This document shows, piece after piece, positions 55,542 through 64,000 of a stretch of DNA of 64,000 bases. The notes under the pieces are model-generated. The model was not told the origin of the DNA. It saw only the letters and a list, made by a program, of their open reading frames with translations, and did no database searches. Origin of the DNA: an uncultured archaeon (GTDB taxonomy: Archaea; Altiarchaeota; Altiarchaeia; JAFGQM01); contig CAZQBY010000001.1 of NCBI GenBank assembly GCA_964592405.1, positions 50,459 through 114,458 on the forward strand. Reading direction: 5' to 3'. A program made the position numbers and the translations under genes. The stretch's first letter is position 1, and the number at the start of each line of letters is the position of its first letter.

Positions 55542-57626
55542 ATGATGCAGACGAGTGTCAAGAAAATAAGAAAGAGGGATGGAAGGATAGTAAAGTTTGA
55601 CCAAGAGAAGATAACTAATGCCATATTCAAGGCAGCTCAGGCGGTTGGTGGTAGCGACAGAAAACTGGCCGAAAAGCTTTCTGACAAGGTGGTGGCCCTG
55701 TTGGAGGAGGAATATGATGGCCATACCATACCCACGGTAGAGGAAGTGCAGGATTTCGTTGAAAAGGTGCTGATAGAATCAGGACACTCCAAGACTGCCA
55801 AGGCATATATACTCTATCGGCAGAAACGGGCCGATATAAGGAAAGCCAAGTCCCTCCTTGGCGTGGAGGATGATATAAAGCTCACATTAAATGCAATAAA
55901 GGTCTTGGAGAAGCGATATCTCAAGAAGGATTTTGAGGGAAATGTCATAGAAACTCCCAAGGAAATGTTCCGGAGGGTCGCCAAGAACATCGCTCAGGCA
56001 GATTTGAAGTATGGAGCATCGGAATCAACTGTGCGAAAGACTGAAAAGGCGTTCTATACGATGATGACACGTCTGGAGTTTCTGCCAAACTCCCCGACCC
56101 TGATGAATGCCGGCAGGGATCTGCAACAGTTATCTGCATGCTTTGTCCTTCCGATCGAGGACGATATGGAGAGTATATTTGAGGCCCTAAAATACACCGC
56201 GCTTATACATAAGAGCGGTGGTGGCACTGGGTTTTCATTCTCCCGTCTCCGACAGGCCGGTGCCAGGGTAAGATCAACCAGCGGTGTTGCCTCCGGACCC
56301 ATATCATTCATGAAGGTCTTCAATGTTGCCACAGAGGTAATAAAACAGGGCGGGACACGAAGGGGTGCCAACATGGCTATCCTACGGGTTGATCATCCAG
56401 ACATATTGGATTTCATTGTGGCCAAGGAGAGGGAAAACTCCCTGAATAACTTCAATATCTCTGTCGGTATAACAGAAAAGTTTATGCAGGCAGTAGAAAA
56501 CGATGGGGATTATGAGCTTATTGATCCGCGAACAAAAAAACCGGTCAATACCCTAAGCGCCCGCAGGGTGTTTGATCTGATTATTACAATGGCTTGGAAG
56601 AATGGCGAGCCCGGGATAGTTTTCCTTGACCGCCTTAATAAGGACAACCCAACACCAAGTTTGGGTGAGATAGAGAGTACCAATCCCTGTGGAGAGCAGC
56701 CGCTTCTTCCATACGAGTCGTGTAATCTTGGTTCCATCAACCTCTCAAAAATGATTTCCTATCATGGGGGCGAGGCAAAGATAGATTATCCAAAGCTTAG
56801 GAAAACTGTAAGAACTGCTGTCCATTTCTTGGATAATGTTATAGATATGAACAACTATCCCCTCTCCGAAATAGCTGAAATGACACATGCGAACCGAAAG
56901 ATCGGACTGGGGGTAATGGGGTTCGCTGACATGTTAATAATGCTCAATGTGCCTTATAATTCGGAGGAAGCCATCAGGATAGGCGAGGAAGTGATGAAGT
57001 TTATTCATGATGAGGGTGTTCTGATGTCGCAGGAACTGGCTAGGGAGAGGGGACCATTCCCCAACTTCAAGGAGAGTATCTTCAGAAATGAGGAACCGAG
57101 GAGGAACGCAACCATAACCACCATAGCGCCTACAGGCACAATAAGTATAATAGCTGGATGTTCCAGCGGTATTGAGCCAATATTTGCCATATCCTATGTC
57201 AGAAAAAACATCCTTGATCAGGGTGATGAACTGATAGAAGTAAACCCCCTCTTTGAGAGGATTGCTTATGAAAAGGGTTTTTACAGTGAGGATTTAATGC
57301 GTGAGATAGCCACTAAAGGCAGCATCCAGAACATGCATAGGATACCTGAGGATATCCGCCGCATTTTCGTTACTGCACACGATATAACGCCGGAGGACCA
57401 CATCAGAATGCAGGCCGCCTTCCAGAAGTACACAGACAATGCAGTTAGCAAGACAGTCAATTTCCCAAGTTACGCTACGACCCAAGACGTTGAAAAGGTC
57501 TATCTATTGGCATACAAACTTGGATGCAAGGGAGTGACCATTTACCGGGACCAGAGCAGAAAGAAGCAGGTTCTTAATATAGTCAGCGAAAAAAGACAAG
57601 AAGTTTGTCCAAAGTGCGGAGAATAA
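55542..57626 (+). CDS. nrdJ: Adenosylcobalamin-dependent (class II) ribonucleotide reductase with N-terminal ATP-cone
   Basis: PNSPTLMNAG, LSACFV, TNPCGEQPL, CNLGS, IAPTGT, GCKGVTIYR; adjacent cobO. Confidence 0.94.
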   Translation: MMQTSVKKIRKRDGRIVKFDQEKITNAIFKAAQAVGGSDRKLAEKLSDKVVALLEEEYDGHTIPTVEEVQDFVEKVLIESGHSKTAKAYILYRQKRADIRKAKSLLGVEDDIKLTLNAIKVLEKRYLKKDFEGNVIETPKEMFRRVAKNIAQADLKYGASESTVRKTEKAFYTMMTRLEFLPNSPTLMNAGRDLQQLSACFVLPIEDDMESIFEALKYTALIHKSGGGTGFSFSRLRQAGARVRSTSGVASGPISFMKVFNVATEVIKQGGTRRGANMAILRVDHPDILDFIVAKERENSLNNFNISVGITEKFMQAVENDGDYELIDPRTKKPVNTLSARRVFDLIITMAWKNGEPGIVFLDRLNKDNPTPSLGEIESTNPCGEQPLLPYESCNLGSINLSKMISYHGGEAKIDYPKLRKTVRTAVHFLDNVIDMNNYPLSEIAEMTHANRKIGLGVMGFADMLIMLNVPYNSEEAIRIGEEVMKFIHDEGVLMSQELARERGPFPNFKESIFRNEEPRRNATITTIAPTGTISIIAGCSSGIEPIFAISYVRKNILDQGDELIEVNPLFERIAYEKGFYSEDLMREIATKGSIQNMHRIPEDIRRIFVTAHDITPEDHIRMQAAFQKYTDNAVSKTVNFPSYATTQDVEKVYLLAYKLGCKGVTIYRDQSRKKQVLNIVSEKRQEVCPKCGE

Positions 57627-57643
57627 ATCACGGGAACCCAGTC

Positions 57644-58207
57644 ATGGAAGGATTGGTAGAGGTTTATACAGGAAATGGAAAAGGGAAGACAACCACCGCC
57701 TTGGGATTGGCGCTCAGGGCAGTTGGTCATGGACTTAGGGTTTGTATGATACAGTTTCTGAAGGGTGCGCACTATCTAGGCGAGCTTGAATCTGCACGCA
57801 GGCTGAAGAACTTCAAGATATTCCAGTTTGGTGCTCCATGCCCGTGGTCCAAGGACATGGAGAAGGGCGTCATACATTGCGGCTCATGCAGATACTGCTT
57901 TAGCATACACAAGGAGGATATCAAAAAATCCCAGATAGGTATGGATTTTGCGCGCGAGGCCACAACATCCGGAGACTTTGACGTGGTCATCCTTGATGAG
58001 ATAAATGTTGTCATGGCCAAGAAGATTATTCCAGTTTCAGAAGTTCTTGACCTTATCAGAAGTAAATCTCCGGAGGTTGAACTGGTTCTGACCGGCAGGG
58101 GGGCACCGAGAGAGATAATTGAAATAGCCGACCTGGTTACAGAGATGCGGGAGATAAAGCATCCGATGAAGAAGGGCACTATATCAAGGGTCGGGATTGA
58201 TTTTTGA
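57644..58207 (+). CDS. cobO: Cob(I)alamin adenosyltransferase (CobO/BtuR)
   Basis: YTGNGKGKTT, IQFLKG, VILDEI, LTGR, ADLVTEM..IKHP; ATG 57644 preferred. Confidence 0.93.
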   Translation: MEGLVEVYTGNGKGKTTTALGLALRAVGHGLRVCMIQFLKGAHYLGELESARRLKNFKIFQFGAPCPWSKDMEKGVIHCGSCRYCFSIHKEDIKKSQIGMDFAREATTSGDFDVVILDEINVVMAKKIIPVSEVLDLIRSKSPEVELVLTGRGAPREIIEIADLVTEMREIKHPMKKGTISRVGIDF

Positions 58208-58230
58208 TATTATTGATTTTTGATATTATT
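58196..58230. repeat. 16-bp tandem duplication spanning cobO stop
   Basis: ATTGATTTTTGATATT x2. Confidence 0.85.
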
Positions 58231-58244
58231 TCTATAAAGATATC

Positions 58245-59162
58245 ATGGAAGTCAAGGGGGTTCCAGTGGAAGACACCTACTGCGAGGCATTTGATGGTCT
58301 CCTCGCGCGCATACTTGTCACAGCCAAGACAGAGAAACTTCTGCTGAGGGCCGTGAATTCTGCTACAGCCCTGCCATCTACGGTCTTCAATGAGGCTGAG
58401 GGCGGAATAGAAAAGCTCCTGAAGCCCTCTGAGACGCCTGATGGACGTCTAGGAGCCATAATACAGCTATGGGTAAATCACACCAAGAAAGCCCATGAGA
58501 CGCTGGAGCACGAGCTCGCAAAGCGCATCCGACAGGGGATACTTGTGGTCCCTACAACACGTATATTCAATGCCCTGAGCTCAAAAAACAAAGACCCCAA
58601 GCTGCAGGCTGAAGATTATATCGACACCATGGCCAAGGTGGGGCACTGTGGTGATGGCTACGAGAGGGTCATAAGGGCATTTGGGCGCGAGATGATAAGC
58701 ATTCCACTCATGATGGGTGATTTCCTCATTGAAAGAATGCTGGGTGTGAGAAGTGGAGTAATGGGCGGGAATGTGTGGTTCTTCTGTGAGAGCGAAAGCG
58801 CTGCCTTGGAAGCGGGCGACAGGGCGGTGGATGCACTAAGGGATGTAGGCGGAGTCATAACGCCCTTCGATATCTGCTCTGCAGGTTCAAAAGTGGAGAC
58901 AAACTTCCCGGAGATCGGGCCGACCACCAACCACCCATTCTGCCCGACATGCAGATCGGAAATACCGGATTCAAAGGTTCCGGATGGAATAAAATCAATA
59001 CCGGAGATAGTTATAGATGGTCTGGATCTGGAATCGGTGAAAGAGGGAATGAAAGTTGCAATCTATGCAGGGGCTGAGGTTGATGGTGTTGCGCGAATAT
59101 CCGCAGGCAACTATGGCGGGAAGCTTGGAAGATATCACATCCGACTGAGGGAACTAATCTGA
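58245..59162 (+). CDS. ftr: Formylmethanofuran:tetrahydromethanopterin formyltransferase
   Basis: VEDTYCEAF, ETPDGR.G, RIRQ..L..PT, GDGYE, GVMGGN, GSKV, EIVIDG, ISAGNYGGKLG. Confidence 0.92.
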   Translation: MEVKGVPVEDTYCEAFDGLLARILVTAKTEKLLLRAVNSATALPSTVFNEAEGGIEKLLKPSETPDGRLGAIIQLWVNHTKKAHETLEHELAKRIRQGILVVPTTRIFNALSSKNKDPKLQAEDYIDTMAKVGHCGDGYERVIRAFGREMISIPLMMGDFLIERMLGVRSGVMGGNVWFFCESESAALEAGDRAVDALRDVGGVITPFDICSAGSKVETNFPEIGPTTNHPFCPTCRSEIPDSKVPDGIKSIPEIVIDGLDLESVKEGMKVAIYAGAEVDGVARISAGNYGGKLGRYHIRLRELI

Positions 59163-59190
59163 CTCAGGATAATTTTGGGAGGATCTCAGG

Positions 59191-60171
59191 ATGATATTTG
59201 TATTTGATCTGGAAGGACCCCTAAGCCCGATGGACCATGCAGCTGAAGCCATGCGTATCATAGGCAACAAACTGGGGCGGCCGGATTTCTTTCAGTTCTT
59301 CCAGATGTTAAGCCTCTACGATGACGAGCTTACTCTAGAAGGCAAACCCGGATACAACCCCGGGGATACCCTGAGGCTAATAGCACCAATAGTCTCCACA
59401 CAACTGAGTGATGAAGAACTGACTGAGATATCAGAGGAAGCAGAACTCACCCCTGGTGCCAAGGATCTTATGACAATCTTGGACCCGGACAATGTCTATG
59501 TCGCCTCTACGTCCTACCAGCAACATGCCCTTACAATATCAAAAAGGCTGGGCATACCCCCGGAAAATGTCAACTGCACTCACTTACCAAAATACAGGGA
59601 TTTTCCCTACATGAACAGGCTTCTGGAATTATTTGAGAAATACAAAACAGGTGGTATGCAATCTGTCAAGCAGGATCTGGATGCTCTCTTCTGGGGTGAG
59701 ATGGAATACGATTATCTAAGGACAAAGGTGTGTGGAGGACAAAGAAAGTTGGACGTCGTCGAGAGAATATCCAAGGAGCGAAATGTTGCCGTGAGCAATT
59801 TCATAGTAGTGGGCGACTCCATAACTGACATAAACATGCTGGAGGGTGTCAGGAAGGCCGGAGGTGTAGCGATTTCATTTAATGGTAATCAGTACAGTGT
59901 GCCAAGGGCAAACCTGGCTGTCAGCTCGATAAGTCTTATGGCATTGTGGCCGATAGTCGATGCATATCCAGACGTATGGGATTTTGTGAGGAGGTGGAAC
60001 TACAGCCAAGACAAGCTGAAGCTTCTAAGGACCGAAATTCGGACATACTTTGAGGAACACGGGCTGAAACCCAAGTATGATGAGGTCCGACAGTCAAATA
60101 TAGAAGAGATAGTCACTAGACAGAAGGAAATGCGAATTGCCATAAGAAAGGAATATGGTGAGCTCACCTGA
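59191..60171 (+). CDS. HAD-superfamily hydrolase, EhaR-like (COG4030)
   Basis: FDLEGPLS, LSLYDD, YNPGDTLRLIAP, STSY, VGDSITD, SFNGN.Y. Confidence 0.85.
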   Translation: MIFVFDLEGPLSPMDHAAEAMRIIGNKLGRPDFFQFFQMLSLYDDELTLEGKPGYNPGDTLRLIAPIVSTQLSDEELTEISEEAELTPGAKDLMTILDPDNVYVASTSYQQHALTISKRLGIPPENVNCTHLPKYRDFPYMNRLLELFEKYKTGGMQSVKQDLDALFWGEMEYDYLRTKVCGGQRKLDVVERISKERNVAVSNFIVVGDSITDINMLEGVRKAGGVAISFNGNQYSVPRANLAVSSISLMALWPIVDAYPDVWDFVRRWNYSQDKLKLLRTEIRTYFEEHGLKPKYDEVRQSNIEEIVTRQKEMRIAIRKEYGELT

Positions 60172-60194
60172 TTTCTGATTTCGGCTCTCTTAGA

Positions 60195-61220
60195 ATGGTC
60201 TTTTCCAAAGCTGAATATAGGAGAAGGATAAGGAACGCCCAGGGCTGGCTTAGAGACCTAGATGCCCTGCTTGTAAGATGTGAACAAAACCTCCGCTACT
60301 TTACTGGTGTGGATAGTGGTCGCCTCCTGATATGGGACAGTGGTGCTATATTCTGGCTCAATGAGGTCTATTGGGACAGGGTCCACAATTCTTATTTGAA
60401 CCCTATACCCTACGAAAAGGACTGCGTGAAGAAATTCATCTACTCAAGAGGGTTTAAGAAGGTTGGGGTGGATGAAGTTACACTCTCTCACTATAACTCA
60501 TTTGAGCCAAAGCTTAGAAGACTTATAAAGCCAACAGATATATGTGAGAATCTGAGAAAGATAAAATCCAAAGCAGAGCTTGAACTCCTTTCGGTCGCAG
60601 GAGAGATAGCCTCTGATGCCATGCGCACAGTTATAGAATCCAGAGTCACCGGCATGACTGAGCTTGAGCTGGCAGCACTTGTGGAATCCCAGATACGCAA
60701 AAGTGGCTCCGAGAGGCCACCTTTCTCCAGCGGCATGCTCTGTCTGAGCGGTCCAAATACCAAATATCCACATGCACCATCCACACACCGGCGCATTCAA
60801 AAGGGCGACCTTCTGATATTGGACCTTGGTGCTGTCTTTCACGGATATCACAGCGATATGACAAGGACAATTGAAATTGGGAGGGTCTCCAGGCAGCGGC
60901 ATGTCTTGGCCGGCTTTGTAGGCGAGCTCAGGAAAGAAGCAATTGACATGATTAGGGTTGGTGGCAGGATATCTGAGATACATGAGTATATAGAGCGCAG
61001 GATAGAGGAAAGGGGTTATAAGTTTGCCCATCTCTCCGGTCATGGCGTAGGTCTGGATATCCATGAGAAGCCCTCTATAGGACCGGATGAGAAGGATGTA
61101 TTTCAGAACGGCATGGTCTTTACAATAGAGCCCGGGATATATACCCCAGATTTTGGCACAAGAAGTGAAGACACCATCGCCTTGGTCAGAGGGAAGAAAA
61201 AGGTTCTGACAGCGTGCTGA
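60195..61220 (+). CDS. Xaa-Pro aminopeptidase/prolidase (M24)
   Basis: NLRYFTG, DLGA..GYHSDMTRT, HLSGHGVGLDIHE, TIEPGIY, RSED. Confidence 0.93.
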   Translation: MVFSKAEYRRRIRNAQGWLRDLDALLVRCEQNLRYFTGVDSGRLLIWDSGAIFWLNEVYWDRVHNSYLNPIPYEKDCVKKFIYSRGFKKVGVDEVTLSHYNSFEPKLRRLIKPTDICENLRKIKSKAELELLSVAGEIASDAMRTVIESRVTGMTELELAALVESQIRKSGSERPPFSSGMLCLSGPNTKYPHAPSTHRRIQKGDLLILDLGAVFHGYHSDMTRTIEIGRVSRQRHVLAGFVGELRKEAIDMIRVGGRISEIHEYIERRIEERGYKFAHLSGHGVGLDIHEKPSIGPDEKDVFQNGMVFTIEPGIYTPDFGTRSEDTIALVRGKKKVLTAC

Positions 61221-61237
61221 ACGCGGATAGGCAGCAT

Positions 61238-62569
61238 CTAACCAGTCCTACTTCTTCTCCTGGTCACCAAGAGCAAGATTAACAAAAACAACACTATGCC
61301 AACAACAATTACCATATTTGTGTCCAACCCCACCACAGGTCCGGGTTCTGCCCTGCCGTAGGTGACTGTAAAAATCTCTCCAATTTCAGACATTGCAGAC
61401 CTGCTACTGGTGATGTTTCCCCCACTTACAGATTTTATTTCCATACCAGCTGGCACGTTAACGATTACATCAAAATCCAATGTCATCTCCTCCGGGAATG
61501 ATAACTGATACTCCCCACCGCTTTTTTTGCCCAGATCGATTATTCTCCCGCTGAGGGACTGCATAGCCATTCCGTCTTTGCCCCTGACAAGCGTGTAATC
61601 CAAGTTCTCGATGGTATAATCTCCCGGCATATAACTCCTCACTACACAAGTCATCAGAGTTTGTACATCCTTTACGATGACAGATCCTTGCAGTGTCATG
61701 GTCATCCCTGTTTTAGACAGCTCCGCATCCATGGATTCTAAAGATGGCCAGCTTGCGGTTTTGTCGTCCAGCAACACCGTATTCACACTGCCTGATATCC
61801 GATCACCAGAGCCCGACACGCTCATAGTGCTCCTGCTGCTGGACCCCAGCGTAGCGGAGACCAGCTCCTCGACGCTCAGGCCAAGGCATGTGAGGAAATC
61901 CCGGTCTTCATTATCTTGCTGATAGCTCATAGCTATCACAGAGGCTATAAAATCGCTCCATCCCTCTATGGTCATCTTTAGAGTGATGGAGAGGGTATCA
62001 CTCCCAGTTATACCTAGTTCATCTATGCTGATTCTGGGTCTCATATCAAGCGGCATTTGGGAGAACAGTTCATTCAGTTGTGCCTCAAACTCACTTTCCG
62101 CTACTGCCGGATCTGCCTGAATCGAGTCGACGTCTATCAGTAATAGGTCCTGCACTACACTCCTCTGAATCAAAGCTGATGCATCCAGTTTCAGCGCACC
62201 TGATGATTCCTCCACTGTGATGTCTAGGTTGAAATCTCCCAGGATCTCTAGGAGGCGGGCTATTTCAGCACCACTGGCCTCAAATGTCAGGTCAGCGACA
62301 TCCCCTTTGACATTGATATCGGCTTTGTAATCCGGGTTCAGGGCCAATGCCGTATCGGTAATGGTTCCGCTGAAGCTCACTACATTGCTTTTGGCATTGG
62401 CCGAGACCATAACATTAAGCTCCTGTGCCTCCCAGTCCAGGGCCTCCCGGAATATCATCCTCGCATTCCCAGTCGCATCCATCTCAAACACTGCTTCATT
62501 GATGCCTTGGGCTGATGCCATTGCAAGCAGCGCTGTGGAAAAGAGAAGAGCATGCAGTCTCAGGTCCAT
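61238..62569 (-). CDS. Secreted, C-terminally anchored acidic surface protein
   Basis: Signal peptide from ATG 62569 (MDLRLHALL..ASA), C-terminal TM plus RRRSR. Confidence 0.75.
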   Translation of the reverse strand: MDLRLHALLFSTALLAMASAQGINEAVFEMDATGNARMIFREALDWEAQELNVMVSANAKSNVVSFSGTITDTALALNPDYKADINVKGDVADLTFEASGAEIARLLEILGDFNLDITVEESSGALKLDASALIQRSVVQDLLLIDVDSIQADPAVAESEFEAQLNELFSQMPLDMRPRISIDELGITGSDTLSITLKMTIEGWSDFIASVIAMSYQQDNEDRDFLTCLGLSVEELVSATLGSSSRSTMSVSGSGDRISGSVNTVLLDDKTASWPSLESMDAELSKTGMTMTLQGSVIVKDVQTLMTCVVRSYMPGDYTIENLDYTLVRGKDGMAMQSLSGRIIDLGKKSGGEYQLSFPEEMTLDFDVIVNVPAGMEIKSVSGGNITSSRSAMSEIGEIFTVTYGRAEPGPVVGLDTNMVIVVGIVLFLLILLLVTRRRSRTG

Positions 62570-62618
62570 CTTCACTCCTGTCCCCCTTATTATTGAAGTT
62601 CCAATAAAAATAAGATAT

Positions 62619-63701
62619 TCAGGTCCCTTCAATTACTTTCTCATAGGCTAGGGTGGTCTCCACGATTTTTCTGCTCTTGGATGTAAAGATGCAGAGAATC
62701 TTCTTCCTTTGCACAAGTAGGTCAAGAAGTTCCTTTAGACCCCTTGGTACCCTGCAGTATTCTCTATACGCATCTATCTCGTGTTTTCTGTATTGTGATA
62801 CCCAGATGAGTGAGGACTGCAGGACTATGGCAACATCATCTATTGTAGGCTGTCTGTTTTCCCTCATCAATATCTGCAATAATCCGGCAGCAATGAACAG
62901 GGAGAACTGTTCCGGAGGAAAGATGCCGGCCAGCTCCCGGACTGTTATCCTATCCGGCAGGGTCTTTGTGTTAACAGGGATTCCGGCCCTCTTCGAGAGA
63001 TCATTCACACAACTGCACATGTCTTTATCAACTTCTGAATAAAGGACGGAAACCAGATCTCTTTCCTTCAGATCAAACAGGCGCAACAGAAAGAAGGAAG
63101 CGATCCTGGCCTCAGAGGAGTTCATACCTGGAAGACTGCCCAGTCTCTGCCACCCATTCTCAATTCTTATCCCGAATATTGCATCCTTCAGCTTTTTGTC
63201 CACCTTCTTTTCTTCCATTAGCTTGTCCACCTCCCATGTTGGCCAGTTTTTGTCAGTGAGCCTGTAGGCTTCTTCCCTGCCACCAATAATCAGGGTATCC
63301 CCAAGATCAAAACAGACAGCCTTTACCTTCTCAGCAAAATCAGGAAACTGCTTAAACCACCACCAGAGTTCGTTGTAGTTAAATACAACTATAAACTTGG
63401 GCAGCATGGACTTGTTTCTTTTCACAAATGCTCCTCCGAATTCTACATCCTCCTTCATGCTTTTGATAGTTGAGATATCCCTAACGAGCCCCTGAGCTAT
63501 CATGGCAAAGAATACCTTTGCCCTCTTGGCAGCAAGAAAATCATCGTGGCCATCCCCCACATAGAGCATCTCCCAGTTCTTTAGGTCCAGCCGGTTCTTT
63601 AGTTTCTCCAGACCCTTTGAGGACGGTTTCAGTTCCAGCAGATCCTCTCTAGTTATTATGTTCTCATTTCTGAAGTATCTGGATAGGAGTATCTTTCTCA
63701 T
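62619..63701 (-). CDS. Circularly permuted HAD-superfamily hydrolase (phosphoglycolate phosphatase-like)
   Basis: Motif III K25-P and motif IV GDGHDD (49-54) precede motif I FDLGDT (131-136); motif II TSKS (340-343) at C-terminus. Confidence 0.8.
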   Translation of the reverse strand: MRKILLSRYFRNENIITREDLLELKPSSKGLEKLKNRLDLKNWEMLYVGDGHDDFLAAKRAKVFFAMIAQGLVRDISTIKSMKEDVEFGGAFVKRNKSMLPKFIVVFNYNELWWWFKQFPDFAEKVKAVCFDLGDTLIIGGREEAYRLTDKNWPTWEVDKLMEEKKVDKKLKDAIFGIRIENGWQRLGSLPGMNSSEARIASFFLLRLFDLKERDLVSVLYSEVDKDMCSCVNDLSKRAGIPVNTKTLPDRITVRELAGIFPPEQFSLFIAAGLLQILMRENRQPTIDDVAIVLQSSLIWVSQYRKHEIDAYREYCRVPRGLKELLDLLVQRKKILCIFTSKSRKIVETTLAYEKVIEGT

Positions 63702-63827
63702 ATTCGGTTATCTTCTATCATTTGTTTTTTATGACGGAAGCTAAAACATAGAGGGTTAAAAGGAATCATACTTATTATAAATATGTTATGTAATTATGAT
63801 TGGCGGGTAAAAAACAATCGCACCAAA

Positions 63828-64000
63828 ATGAAACTCATAAATCAGGGCAAGGTGAAGGACATCTATGAGCTGAGTGGGGATGAACTTCTGTTCAGGTTTT
63901 CGGATCGCATATCCGTTTTTGACCAGATTATCCCATCCATGATACCCCGCAAGGGGGAGTCTTTGGCTAGGGAAAGTGCATTCTGGTTTGAAAAGGTCGC
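63828..64000 (+). CDS. purC: SAICAR synthetase, N-terminal part; runs off window end
   Basis: Manual translation MKLINQGKVKDIYEL..FRFSDRISVFD..IPRKGE. Confidence 0.9.
   Translation, partial: MKLINQGKVKDIYELSGDELLFRFSDRISVFDQIIPSMIPRKGESLARESAFWFEKV

Noticed and set aside
57600-57660. NrdJ ending in CPKCGE as a frameshifted fusion with cobO
   Set aside because: A short C-terminal CxxC tail is adequate for class II RNR, cobO has its own ATG, and no slippery site is evident

Overview
Gene-dense archaeal chromosome segment (TBP, MCM, RFC small subunit, DHH/RecJ-like nuclease, TruD, BHB-intron tRNAs, S-layer protein, Tad/type IV pilus ATPase with two platform proteins). The S-layer type and the many short Arg/Lys/Pro-rich orphan ORFs suggest a DPANN-type lineage (Iainarchaeota/Micrarchaeota/Altiarchaeota-like), but this is inference. 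Metabolic genes include acsA and satP, a DhnA aldolase and class I FBPase, nrdR-nrdJ-cobO with two NrdR boxes, ftr, mptE, a glycosyltransferase cluster and a partial purC. No CRISPR array, transposase or integrase was seen. The most unusual signal is a set of structured modules shared between unrelated tRNA genes. (1) A near-identical ~100-nt four-hairpin element sits inside the BHB introns of tRNA-Trp(CCA) and tRNA-Thr(GGT), with a minimal version in the tRNA-Arg(TCT) intron. (2) A covarying 5' leader hairpin and promoter are shared by Trp and Thr. (3) A 3' trailer is shared by Arg and Thr. (4) The tRNA 3' end is duplicated 91-92 nt downstream of Trp and Arg. The second highlight is an apparently circularly permuted HAD hydrolase (motif order III-IV-I-cap-II) flanked by a 10-bp direct repeat. 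All calls come from reading motifs by eye; no database searches were run.
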